64,000 bases of DNA from contig PXBW01000087.1 in the NCBI GenBank assembly GCA_003566775.1, forward strand, positions 1,649 to 65,648. The letters are read 5' to 3'. Position numbers and translations under genes: made by a program. The notes beneath the pieces are model-generated. The model worked only from the letters and a program-made list of their open reading frames with translations. It ran no database searches and was not told the origin of the DNA. This DNA is from a candidate division WS1 bacterium (GTDB lineage: Bacteria; Armatimonadota; Zipacnadia; Zipacnadales; UBA5352). Of this stretch, positions 53,384 to 62,518 are shown in pieces (the stretch's first letter is position 1; every line of letters begins with the position of its first letter).

Positions 53384-55453
53384 ATGCCACTTATCAGGGA
53401 AGGAAACGAGAACGCCGCCTGGAACCTGGTGTACGTTAGCATCTTCCCACATGGGGGCATCAGCTTGCCAGCCTACTATCACGCGCGCTTCGACGAATTT
53501 CTACGCACCGACGACGACACAGTTTTCGCGGCGCTCAATCGCCGGGCCGCTGAGGAAAACCTGGGGCCCCAGTACCAGGAGCAAGTCCAGGTCTGGGACG
53601 CCCAACTGCCGGTTCTGCGAAGTGCAATCACGCATCTTGTCGGCGTCATACGCGAAGGTCGATGCTGGTCGGTGCTCCTCGAGTTCCCCATTCCGCGCAT
53701 GCGACGGCGTATCGATTGCGTGATGCTGGGCGCAGGCATGGTCTTCGTGCTGGAGTTCAAGAGCCACGGCGAGGCCACGGCTGCGGATCGCCGACAGGTG
53801 GAAGAGTACTGTCTGGATCTCCGCGACTTCCACGAGGGCAGTGCCCGACTGCAGATCGTCCCTATACTCGTTCTGGGCGATGGTAAGGGAGGTCTTCAAC
53901 TGTCAGTGGATGCTTCAAAGGCTGAAGCTATCCCGATTTGTATCAGCAAGGAGCAGCTTGCTCAAGCTATCTCCACGCTCCATGAATCGCGGGGGCAGGG
54001 AGACGTGATTGACGGGACATCGTGGGATAGTGCTCCGTACAAGCCGGTGCCGACGATCATTGAGGCGGCGGAGATGATGTTCTCGGGGCATGGTGTCAGG
54101 GACATAGGCCATGCACACGCCTCGGCAGATAACCTTACCAATACCTCCGAGCACCTCGTGCAGACCGTACTCCGAGCCAGAGCCGAGAAGCAGCACGTAG
54201 TCTGCTTCGTGACGGGCGTGCCCGGTGCAGGTAAGACGTTGACCGGGCTTAACGTAGTGCACGACACGCGCCTCGGCGGCTTGGGCGCGACGAAAGCCGA
54301 GGGGGCGACCTACCTTTCCGGCAACGGCCCGCTGGTACGGGTACTGCGGGAGGCGCTTGCACGTGACCAGAGCCACCGAAAGCAGCTAACGCTGACAGAT
54401 GCCCGCCGGAACGCTTCGCGTGCCATCCAGAATGTGCACCAGTTTATCTGGGACAACTACGAGCGTCATGACGCGCCATGGGAGCATGCGATTATCTTCG
54501 ACGAGGCGCAGAGAGCCTGGGACGCAGATCAGGTGCGCCGGAAGAGGCGCGTGCAGCGGTCAGAGCCCGAACTGATCATGCAGATCATGGATCGCCATGA
54601 CGACTGGGCTGTCATCATCGGGCTTGTGGGCGGTGGTCAGGAGATTCACGACGGAGAAGCGGGACTCGCAGAGTGGGGCCGGGCAATTGCGGACGCAGGG
54701 CGACGCTGGCAGGTAGAGGTATGTCCGCGGATGGTGACTGGCACCCTCACAGGTGGGGGCAGCTCACTATTTCCAGATAAGCCCCCGGCTTCAGTAGCGC
54801 TCCGGACCGCAAACGAGCTTCATCTGCCGGTACCGATGCGCACGTTCCGTGCGGACACGGTTGCGTCTTGGGTGAATTGCGTTCTCTCGGAAAGACCCAA
54901 TGAAGCGGCGCGCGAAATGATGCGTCTTGGTGATTATCCTATCTCGCTGAGCCGCTCACTTGATGAGGCGCGTGATTGGCTACGGGCGCGGACTGCAGGC
55001 CAGCGGCGCTGCGGGTTAGTCGCCAGTTCCGGCGCCCGCCGCCTTCGCGTCTGGGGCGTGGACATGCAGGTGCGACCTGAGGTCGTCCATTGGTTCCTCG
55101 GACCACCAGACGATGTTCGTTCCTCCCACTACCTCGAGTTGGCGGCCAGTGAGTTCGAAATCCAGGGCCTCGAGTTGGATCACATCGGCCTGTGTTGGGG
55201 CGGGGATCTCACTTGGGATGCGAAAAAGAATGACTGGCGTCACCGCCGCTTTCGAGGTACGGAGTGGCAGCAGGTAAGGAGCATTCGCGATAGGCAGTAC
55301 CTGCTCAATAAGTACCGTGTGCTGATGACGCGCGCTAGGGAGAGTCTCGTGATCTGGGTCCCGCCGGGAAGCTCCTCAGATCCCACGATCAACGATCTGT
55401 ACTTTGATGAAGTCGCGCATTATCTGTGTGCTTGCGGGATTTCCGAACTGTAG
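53384..55453 (+). CDS. DUF2075-type ATPase: N-terminal PD-(D/E)xK-like nuclease module fused to SF1-helicase-like P-loop NTPase
   Basis: Nuclease-like IDCVMLGAGMVFVLEFKS (D...ExK). Walker A FVTGVPGAGKTLTG, Walker B AIIFDEAQRAW, and a C-terminal UvrD_C-like LLNKYRVLMTRARESLVIWVP. The start is uncertain (GTG 53297 or ATG 53384). Confidence 0.7.
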   Translation: MPLIREGNENAAWNLVYVSIFPHGGISLPAYYHARFDEFLRTDDDTVFAALNRRAAEENLGPQYQEQVQVWDAQLPVLRSAITHLVGVIREGRCWSVLLEFPIPRMRRRIDCVMLGAGMVFVLEFKSHGEATAADRRQVEEYCLDLRDFHEGSARLQIVPILVLGDGKGGLQLSVDASKAEAIPICISKEQLAQAISTLHESRGQGDVIDGTSWDSAPYKPVPTIIEAAEMMFSGHGVRDIGHAHASADNLTNTSEHLVQTVLRARAEKQHVVCFVTGVPGAGKTLTGLNVVHDTRLGGLGATKAEGATYLSGNGPLVRVLREALARDQSHRKQLTLTDARRNASRAIQNVHQFIWDNYERHDAPWEHAIIFDEAQRAWDADQVRRKRRVQRSEPELIMQIMDRHDDWAVIIGLVGGGQEIHDGEAGLAEWGRAIADAGRRWQVEVCPRMVTGTLTGGGSSLFPDKPPASVALRTANELHLPVPMRTFRADTVASWVNCVLSERPNEAAREMMRLGDYPISLSRSLDEARDWLRARTAGQRRCGLVASSGARRLRVWGVDMQVRPEVVHWFLGPPDDVRSSHYLELAASEFEIQGLELDHIGLCWGGDLTWDAKKNDWRHRRFRGTEWQQVRSIRDRQYLLNKYRVLMTRARESLVIWVPPGSSSDPTINDLYFDEVAHYLCACGISEL

Positions 55454-55546
55454 GCTCACTATCTGCCGTGCAGCCGACCGAAGACCGGTCGAGCCGGTTG
55501 AGACCGTGTCCATCGCTCATATCCGCTCCAGTTTCGACGCCTCGCC

Positions 55547-56668
55547 TCACGGCGCCGTCAGCGTGCCGCGCCGTCCCTCAATCTCGAGAATCAGTACATG
55601 ATCGTCAGGCTGCCGGATCACCCGCCCGCCGAGAGAGTGGACGAGCGCATCCAGAGGCACGTAAACGAGGCCGGAGGGACGCAGCATCGAGTAATTGGTG
55701 CTCCACTCGATGCCGCCTCCGCGCCCCACGTTGTTGCGCGTATCGGCGCTGAACTCTTTGCCCTCGCGAACCGCGGTCGCGGTCCTCGTCTCGGAATCCC
55801 ACTCAACCTTCGCACCGAGCCATTCCGCGATCGGGCGCATCGGGACCCATAGCTGGTGCTCGGCGAGGTCCACCGGTGCCTCAGGATCGATGATCTCGTA
55901 GTCGGTCATGTCCTCCCGCGCAAGCCCCAGCAGCGCGCGCGTCTCTCCGGCCTGATCGATCAGTTCAAGCCTTCCCTCCATAACACGCAGGCTGCGCGTC
56001 TCCTGGAGGGCCTCGGTGAAGGCTTCCTCCACCTCCATCAGATGCTGAGGACCGGCCATCTCCGTGCGGACGATCTCACTGAAGATCAGCGCCTCGCCAT
56101 CCACCTGATAGGACCCGGAGTACTGATTGACCGCGGCCCTGCCACTCACGCGATCATCGTTGAAGTGCAGGGTGACTTCGGCATCCTCGGGCGGCCGCTC
56201 TCCGTCTAACAGCTTCAACTCCCACTCGGTTCCGACCAGATCCGGTGTCGGATCAGCGGGCCTGAATGTAAGGCGCGGCGCGTGCGCGTCATCGAGCATT
56301 TGGAGCGTCTCATCCGCAATCCGGTGGGCGCGTATGTCCCGGAGAGTGTCGAAGTAGGCGGTCTCGATCTCCATCAGATGCGGTGGACCACCGATCCTCG
56401 TGCTGACGATCTCACTGAAGGTTAGAGCCTCACCATCTACCTCGTAAGCGCCGAAGTAGCGGTTAACCGGCCCTTCCCCGACTATGCGATCTTCGTTGAA
56501 GCGCAGGGTGACTTCCGCGTCTTCCGGCAGGGGTTCACCGTTGAGATATTCCAGCTCCCATGCGCTTCCGGCCGGTGATGGTGCTTGTCGTGCGGCGGCC
56601 GGCATCGCAATCACACAGATAAGCAGAATCGTGACGGTCAGCAACAACAGCCACTGCGTGGTGTGCAT
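55547..56668 (-). CDS. Exported protein with two tandem META (HslJ-like) domains and a C-terminal stalk (Cu_amine_oxidN1-like) domain
   Basis: Signal peptide MHTTQWLLLLTVTILLICVIAMPAAA. Two repeats follow, each (W/T)ELxxLNG/DGExPPEDAEVTLxFNxDR(I/V)xGxxxVNxYxGxYxVDGEALxFSEIV. The C-terminus reads PMRPIAEWLGAKVEWD. ATG 56668 lies 6 nt after GAGAGGG. Confidence 0.7.
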   Translation of the reverse strand: MHTTQWLLLLTVTILLICVIAMPAAARQAPSPAGSAWELEYLNGEPLPEDAEVTLRFNEDRIVGEGPVNRYFGAYEVDGEALTFSEIVSTRIGGPPHLMEIETAYFDTLRDIRAHRIADETLQMLDDAHAPRLTFRPADPTPDLVGTEWELKLLDGERPPEDAEVTLHFNDDRVSGRAAVNQYSGSYQVDGEALIFSEIVRTEMAGPQHLMEVEEAFTEALQETRSLRVMEGRLELIDQAGETRALLGLAREDMTDYEIIDPEAPVDLAEHQLWVPMRPIAEWLGAKVEWDSETRTATAVREGKEFSADTRNNVGRGGGIEWSTNYSMLRPSGLVYVPLDALVHSLGGRVIRQPDDHVLILEIEGRRGTLTAP

Positions 56669-56816
56669 AATCATCCCTCTCGGTATGTGCGCACTGTCAG
56701 ACGCGCCCTTTTCAAGCATATTTGGCGACCGCTCCCCGACTTGCGAGCTTCGCCCCCGGTGCACGGCCTTTGGAGTAGAAGCTCCGGAAGAGCGTCCCGA
56801 TGAAACCAAACTGCGG

Positions 56817-57680
56817 TCAGAACGGCTTCCGAGCACTTACCGTCACGGACAGTATCGCGCCTTCGGGCAACTGCATATTGCTGTCGCCGGAGCAGCAGGA
56901 GCTTTCGAGACGTTCGTCCGAGCAGCGATCAAGGCCGAGAAGGCGCGCAGCGTCTCGCTCGGCATTAACTGCAATGTCATGAAAGCCAACTTCGCCCACA
57001 AGCTCGAGATACTCGTCACGTGGTATGGCGCCACTGATGCACTCCACGTAGGTCTCTATACTGTTCAGTCCATCAGGCAACTTTTCACAGTCAAGGACGA
57101 TGTCGGAGACATGCAGTCTGCCGTCGGGCTTGAGTACGCGGAAGGCCTCGGCGAACGCCCGCTTCTTATCGGGAACGAGATTGATGACACAGTTGCTGAT
57201 CACCATGTCCACCGTCTCGCTTTCAACGGGCATTGTCTCGATCTCGCCCAGACGAAACTCGACATTGTCGTACCCGCCTCTGGTGGCGTTCGCTCGGGCA
57301 ACCGCGATCATCTCCTCGGTCATGTCCAGTCCGATGACGTGGCCCGCGGGCCCAACGGTATTTGCAGCAATGAAGCAATCAATGCCCCCGCCGGAGCCGA
57401 GATCCAGCACGGTTTCTCCCGGTTGGAGGTCGGCGAAGGCAAGTGGGTTCCCACATCCCAGGCCCATGTCCGCGCATTCCGGCAGATCGGCGATGCTCTC
57501 GCCTGCGTAACCGATGTCCTGGGTCGATTTGGAGCAGCAGCTTCCCCCTCCGGTCTCTACCCGCGTCCGCGCGGTGGCGGCGTATCTTTCCCGTACACGA
57601 CGCTTCATGTCATCCATAGCTGCAGGCTCATTCAGATTGGGCTTAGCCATGTTAACACCGTACCTCTTCTGTAGTGTCAT
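56817..57680 (-). CDS. arsM: Arsenite S-adenosylmethionine methyltransferase
   Basis: The conserved Cys pair region GGGSCCS, GLGCGNP, the SAM motif VLDLGSGGGID and ISNCVINL. The ATG overlaps the usp stop (ATGA at 57677-57680). Confidence 0.85.
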   Translation of the reverse strand: MTLQKRYGVNMAKPNLNEPAAMDDMKRRVRERYAATARTRVETGGGSCCSKSTQDIGYAGESIADLPECADMGLGCGNPLAFADLQPGETVLDLGSGGGIDCFIAANTVGPAGHVIGLDMTEEMIAVARANATRGGYDNVEFRLGEIETMPVESETVDMVISNCVINLVPDKKRAFAEAFRVLKPDGRLHVSDIVLDCEKLPDGLNSIETYVECISGAIPRDEYLELVGEVGFHDIAVNAERDAARLLGLDRCSDERLESSCCSGDSNMQLPEGAILSVTVSARKPF

Positions 57681-58555
57681 CGCGGGGCAGGAATCAGCAG
57701 TACCGGCACTCGTGCGTGACGTACTACGTAACGGCTCGCTGAGCCAAGCATCACCTCGCTGAGGTAGCCCCGTCCCTGCTTGCCGAGAACGATGAGCGAT
57801 GCTTCTAACTCTTCAGCGACCTTGACAACCGTCCTTGCAGTTGGACCCCGTTCCAGTCTGATCTCTACTTCTGCCTCGCTCCGACCTTCGAGGTCCGCCT
57901 GCAGGCGTTGCAGTCGCGCCTGATCCAGCCTGTCGTACTCTTCAATGTTCGCCCACTGGATCCGTGTTGCCTGCTTCCGATCCTGAACGTGCAGCAGAGT
58001 GATTGTCTCGGGACATCGGCCGAGCCCGGTGAGGTAAGCGTAAGCGCGTTCCGCAACGCTCGAGAAGTCCGTTGGATGCAGAATATGGGTGCACAGGTCA
58101 CTGCGCACCACTCGGCACTGCTCATCCTCCGGATCACCGGCGGCCTCTACCGCAAGAACCAGCACGGGCAGTGTTGACTTCTGAGTCAGCGTCGATGCAA
58201 CGCTGCCCAGAAGCGCCTCGCCAAAGACATTCTGTCCGTGCGAGCCCACCACAATAACAGAGGCGTGCTGCTCACTCGCTGCAGTGAGGACCTCCTCCGC
58301 CGGGTCGCCCACTCGCACTTGCGTATCCACATCAACTCCTTGCGCCTCGAACGTCGCCGCAAGCTCGCCCAGGCGTTTCTCATAGTGCGAGACGTGCTCG
58401 GTTTCCGGGGCGCGAGGATAGTGTATGTCCATCACATAGACAAGGGTCATTTTCTCCACCCCCAGCGACATAAGGTTGGGCACACAGGTGAGAAGCGGTT
58501 CCGTCGCGGGCGAGAAGTCCACCCCCAGCAACGCGTGACTGAAGCTGTTTGACAT
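57677..58555 (-). CDS. Tandem-domain universal stress protein (UspA family)
   Basis: Two Usp domains, each ending in the ATP-binding-type motif: VIVVGSHGQN...LLGSVAS and LIVLGKQGRG...MLGSASRYVVRHARVPVLLI. Confidence 0.85.
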   Translation of the reverse strand: MSNSFSHALLGVDFSPATEPLLTCVPNLMSLGVEKMTLVYVMDIHYPRAPETEHVSHYEKRLGELAATFEAQGVDVDTQVRVGDPAEEVLTAASEQHASVIVVGSHGQNVFGEALLGSVASTLTQKSTLPVLVLAVEAAGDPEDEQCRVVRSDLCTHILHPTDFSSVAERAYAYLTGLGRCPETITLLHVQDRKQATRIQWANIEEYDRLDQARLQRLQADLEGRSEAEVEIRLERGPTARTVVKVAEELEASLIVLGKQGRGYLSEVMLGSASRYVVRHARVPVLLIPAPR

Positions 58556-58572
58556 AGGAATACCCCTTTCGG

Positions 58573-59661
58573 TTACGCCTGCTCCATTTCCTCAGACTGG
58601 GGGAACTTGTCTCGCGTTGCGTTCGCGATTCGTACCAGCGTCAACATGACCGGGACTTCGACAAGAACCCCGACCACCGCTGCGAGCGCCGCGCCCGAGT
58701 CGAGTCCGAACAGCACGATCGCGGTGGCCACCGCGAGTTCGAAGAAGTTGCTGGAACCGACCAGCGCCGCGGGGGCGGCCACGTCGTGTGATATGCGCCA
58801 CCACCTCGCCCAGTTGTAGGCGATACTGAACACGAAGAAAGTCTGAATGGTGAGCGGCACCGCGATCAGCACAATGTGAAACGGGTTAGTGAGTATAACT
58901 TCACCCTGGAAGGAGAACAACAGGACCAGGGTCGCAAGCAGACCGATGATCGTAATTGGTCGAAGGCGCCTGCAGAACACGTTGTCGAACCAGTCGATCC
59001 CACGGGTCCGTATGAGGTATATCCGTGAAAGGTAGCCTGCCGCGAGCGGAATCACTACATAGAGAACCACCGAGAGGAATACTGTGTTCCATGGGACTAC
59101 GATGTCGCTGAGGCCAAGAAGAAACACAACTATCGGTGCGAAGAACACCAGCAGGAGCAGGTCGTCGATAGCGACCTGCACCAGGGTATAGGCCGGGTTA
59201 CCGCGCGTCAGGTAACTCCAGACGAAGACCATGGCGGTGCAGGGGGCCGCACCGAGGATCACGGCGCCGGCGAGATACTCTGTGGCCAATTCCGGCTCAA
59301 TCCAGGGAGCGAAGACCACGCGGAGAAAGAGCGAAGCCCATAGAAACATCGTAAAGGGCTTGATAGCCCAGTTCATGATCGTGCACAGAGTTATTGCCCT
59401 GCGTTGCTTGCCCGCCCGTCGGATGCTGGCGAAGTCGATCTGTACCATCATGGGGTAGATCATCAGCCAGATCAGGATGGCTACGGGAATAGAGACCTCC
59501 GCGTAGGTGAACCGCGCCATGACCTCGGGCAAGGCGGGAATCAACTGCCCGACGACAATACCGCCTACGATGCACAGTGCCACCCAGATTGTCAGATAAC
59601 GCTCGAAGAAGCCCAGCGTCTTTTCGCTGTCATCCTGAGCGGGGACTTTCGGATCACTCAT
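58573..59661 (-). CDS. acr3: ACR3-family arsenite efflux permease
   Basis: GFFERYLTIWVALCIVGGIVVG...IPVAILIWLMIYPMMVQIDF and about 10 hydrophobic helices, typical of ACR3. Confidence 0.9.
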   Translation of the reverse strand: MSDPKVPAQDDSEKTLGFFERYLTIWVALCIVGGIVVGQLIPALPEVMARFTYAEVSIPVAILIWLMIYPMMVQIDFASIRRAGKQRRAITLCTIMNWAIKPFTMFLWASLFLRVVFAPWIEPELATEYLAGAVILGAAPCTAMVFVWSYLTRGNPAYTLVQVAIDDLLLLVFFAPIVVFLLGLSDIVVPWNTVFLSVVLYVVIPLAAGYLSRIYLIRTRGIDWFDNVFCRRLRPITIIGLLATLVLLFSFQGEVILTNPFHIVLIAVPLTIQTFFVFSIAYNWARWWRISHDVAAPAALVGSSNFFELAVATAIVLFGLDSGAALAAVVGVLVEVPVMLTLVRIANATRDKFPQSEEMEQA

Positions 59662-59704
59662 CGTCTATTCCCCTCAGTTGAAGGACTCAACCACAATCCG
59701 GATC

Positions 59705-60079
59705 CTATCGAAGATCGCCGATCAGTTGCTTGAGCACTGCGAGCGTGTCCGGATTGACGCAGTAACAGACGCTCGGCCCGGATATCTCTCCCACTATCAG
59801 CCCGGCCTCCCGGAGGACCTTCAGGTGCTGAGAGACGGTTGATTGCGCGAGCGGTATCTCATCACAGATGTCCCCGCAGAAGCACTCGTCTCGGGCGAGC
59901 AGCAGCCGGACGATCCTCACTCGCGCGGGATGTCCAAGCGCCCGCGCAAGAGTCGCGAGGCACTCATCGGGATCGTCCTCGGCCGTGGACGATCGCTCGC
60001 ATTGCTCGAGATCACGGCAGCGGCGATTGTCGCAGTAATCCCCTGTGGTTTCTTTCATCGTAATATTACGATAAAGCAA
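59705..60079 (-). CDS. arsR: ArsR/SmtB-family metalloregulator
   Basis: HTH PLAQSTVSQHLKVLREAGLIVGE and a Cys-rich sensing site DECFCGDICDEI (ELCVCDL-like). The ORF-track start at 60079 is TTG; an alternative ATG lies at 60058 (MKETTGDY...). Confidence 0.85.
   Translation of the reverse strand: MLYRNITMKETTGDYCDNRRCRDLEQCERSSTAEDDPDECLATLARALGHPARVRIVRLLLARDECFCGDICDEIPLAQSTVSQHLKVLREAGLIVGEISGPSVCYCVNPDTLAVLKQLIGDLR
60059..60070. promoter_or_regulatory. Perfect 12-bp AT-rich palindrome CGTAATATTACG at the arsR 5' end (candidate ArsR operator / -10-like element)
   Basis: Read directly from the sequence at 60059-60070, immediately upstream of the alternative arsR ATG (60058) and inside the TTG-started ORF. 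Confidence 0.4.
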
Positions 60080-60321
60080 TCAGCCCGGCCTGTCAAGGCT
60101 CTGAGATGAGTTGGCCGGGGGAAGACTGCAGAGATACTGCGATATGAGACGGGAGGCACGGATACAGGAGGCTTGGCCATCGGAACTCAGAGACGCAGGC
60201 ACCGCGGTGCGTGGGCTTCGGCCGGGCTGCGCCCATACACCGCCCAGGCCGCAAGTCTCTTGCCCTGGCTGGTCCGAAGAATGAGGCAACAAGAGCGAAG
60301 CTTCTGGCTACTGATCGCGTC

Positions 60322-61518
60322 TCAACGTTGCAGCAGTTTCACTGCCGTGTTAGCGTAGATCGCGGCTCCGACCGGCAGCACCACCTCGTCATTGAGGTCG
60401 AAATGCGTGGTATGCACCGCGTGCACGAAGCCCGAACTCTCATCGCGAGTGCCCAGCCTGAGCATGGCCGCCGGTATCTCCCCGACGTGCTGGAAGAATG
60501 CGAAGTCCTCCGAGCCCATGCTCGGGTACTGCATATCAACGACGCCCTCATCGCCCAGTAGCTCCCGCGCGGCATCTCCGGCATGGTCGAGCACCCAGTC
60601 CTCGTTCCACAGAGAGGGGTAGCCCTCCGAGATCGTCACTTCCATTCGTCCGCCCAGTTCGCCGACCAGGGTGCGCAGGCGGTTGCCGAGGAAGTCGATG
60701 ATCGCATCGCGAGTCTCTCGCTCATAGGTACGCACCGTGCCGCTGATCTCCACGCGGTCGGCGAGGATATTTCTTCGCGTCCCACCTCTTATCGTACCGA
60801 GGGTTACCACCTTCCGATGGATCGGGTCGGTGCAGCGCGCCACGAAGTGTTGCAGGGCTGTGACTGCCTGAGCGGCCAGCGAAATCGCATCCGCTCCCTG
60901 ATGCGGCCGTGCCGCGTGCGATGATTCGCCCAGGATCGCGATCTCGATCGAATCGCTTTGCGCGGTGACGAAACCACGTGTCAGCCCCACCGTCCCCTGT
61001 TGCAGATCCGGCTGAACATGCGCGGCGACTATCGCCTCCGGCGCCGGATCTTCGAGGCACCCGTCCTCGATCATTCTCAGGGCCCCCGCCTCTCCCTCCT
61101 CGCCAGGCTGGAAGATAAGCTTCACGATGCCTGAGAGACTGTCACCCATCTCGCTGAGGATCGCGGCTGCACCCAGCAGGCAGGTGGTATGCGCATCATG
61201 GCCACAGGCATGCATCATGCCCTCTACGGTGGATGCATACTCCGCTCCCGTCTGTTCGGTCAGCTCCAGTGCATCCATATCAGCACGCAGAGCGACACAG
61301 CGATCCCCCTCGCCGCGTACATGTGCCACGACGCCTGTCTCCCCGATCCCTTCCTCTATCTCGTCGATACCCATGTCTCTCAGCCGCTCCACCACGAATG
61401 CCGCGGTGTTGTGCTCCTTCATGCTCGGCTCCGGGTGCATATGGAGGTGTCTGCGCCAGGCCACCAACTGTGGCGTCAGTTCTTCGGCCCGCTGCTTCAT
61501 CCAGTGTGTATCTGGCAT
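60322..61518 (-). CDS. M20D-family amidohydrolase (N-acyl-amino acid amidohydrolase / hippurate hydrolase-like)
   Basis: MHACGHDAHTTCLLGAA, FQPGEEG and GSEDFAFF motifs. A GGAGGATGAG RBS is present. Confidence 0.85.
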   Translation of the reverse strand: MPDTHWMKQRAEELTPQLVAWRRHLHMHPEPSMKEHNTAAFVVERLRDMGIDEIEEGIGETGVVAHVRGEGDRCVALRADMDALELTEQTGAEYASTVEGMMHACGHDAHTTCLLGAAAILSEMGDSLSGIVKLIFQPGEEGEAGALRMIEDGCLEDPAPEAIVAAHVQPDLQQGTVGLTRGFVTAQSDSIEIAILGESSHAARPHQGADAISLAAQAVTALQHFVARCTDPIHRKVVTLGTIRGGTRRNILADRVEISGTVRTYERETRDAIIDFLGNRLRTLVGELGGRMEVTISEGYPSLWNEDWVLDHAGDAARELLGDEGVVDMQYPSMGSEDFAFFQHVGEIPAAMLRLGTRDESSGFVHAVHTTHFDLNDEVVLPVGAAIYANTAVKLLQR

Positions 61519-61875
61519 TGTATATGCTCATCCTCCTCGTCTCTCGAACGTCGATACGCCGGGGGAAGTCCGAAGAGTTCGACAGATCTCCGCGACTTCC
61601 AATTGCTGTATGACAGTTTCGCCATCGAGACAGGTCATCTCCTCCATGTCGGCGAGGTCCATCCCGTCACGGTCCGCTCGATAGCCCGTCTTTTGGTTGT
61701 TTCCCTGGATGCCTGGACGGGTAAGTTGTGTATCAAGGCAGTACGACCATTCTTGCTGCATCGATTGACGATCGTTGTCAGCACAGGCTGCCTGGGGGAC
61801 GCATCTCAGACTGACCTGCCGGCGGGACGACGCACACAGTTTCTTATCACGAGTAACGCAGGGAGGATTGGACCG

Positions 61876-62286
61876 GTGGGCGTGCAATTCTACGTGTACG
61901 AACTGGCTGATGAGGAATCCGAGGAACCACGGCGCATATCGTGGCAGGACTGGCGGGAACTGAGGGACTGGCTCCACGAGGAGGGGCTGGATCCGGACGC
62001 ACGAATGGCGAGGCAATTCGAGTACCGGCAGGTCAGGGAGGTACTGGAGAAGACCGCCGGCGTGGAGGAACTGCCCGATGCTACCTACGTCGCACCTCTG
62101 CCTGATCTACGCGCTACCTCCATGATGTTCGGCATTAAGGGAGAGGACGCCGATTATGTCGTCGCTCCTGTGCCGCTTCAGTGGCTGCTGCCGCAGGCCG
62201 CAAACGGCTGGGAGGTTTCTCTGACCTTCAGCGTCGAGCGCGTAGGCGGGCGAGACACCGACGGCTATTTCAACGAGGAACTCTGA
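61876..62286 (+). CDS. Small acidic hypothetical protein (136 aa)
   Basis: Only the 3' third of ORF 61189-62286 lies outside the M20 gene. GTG 61876 sits 8 nt after GGGAGGA. The translated VGVQFYVYELADEESEEPRRISWQDWRELRDWLHEEG... has normal composition. No family is recognised. Confidence 0.45.
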   Translation: MGVQFYVYELADEESEEPRRISWQDWRELRDWLHEEGLDPDARMARQFEYRQVREVLEKTAGVEELPDATYVAPLPDLRATSMMFGIKGEDADYVVAPVPLQWLLPQAANGWEVSLTFSVERVGGRDTDGYFNEEL

Positions 62287-62394
62287 GCCTGAACGAGAGC
62301 GAATCACGAACCCTCTTCGGTATCGAGGAGAATCGCTGCCGCACGGTGCACCTCTGAACAGTTGGTGCCCACTAACAGACGGTCGCGTGACCAC

Positions 62395-62430
62395 AGACAG
62401 GGCGGAGCCAATACTGGCTCCGCCCTGTCT
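62395..62430 (+). terminator. Strong stem-loop downstream of the small acidic ORF
   Basis: agacagggcggagcc-(aatact)-ggctccgccctgtct forms a 15-bp perfect stem. No U-tract. Confidence 0.45.
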
Positions 62431-62518
62431 CCTCTGCAGGTCATGAGACCACGCGCCGCGAATTGACGAATAGGACGATACTCCTGACACCGAAGCACCG
62501 CTCGGAGGGACAACGCGC

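Noticed and set aside
61528-61662. Possible ~44-aa upstream ORF (MDLADMEEMTCLDGETVIQQLEVAEICRTLRTSPGVSTFERRGG) ending 10 nt before the M20 start
   Set aside because: It is the tail of a 162-aa antisense-type ORF, with no RBS and no recognisable leader-peptide logic. Support is insufficient.
61189-61875. 5' two-thirds of the 365-aa ORF 61189-62286
   Set aside because: This part overlaps the M20 amidohydrolase gene in antisense and crosses the intergenic region. Only the portion from GTG 61876 has an RBS and protein-like composition.
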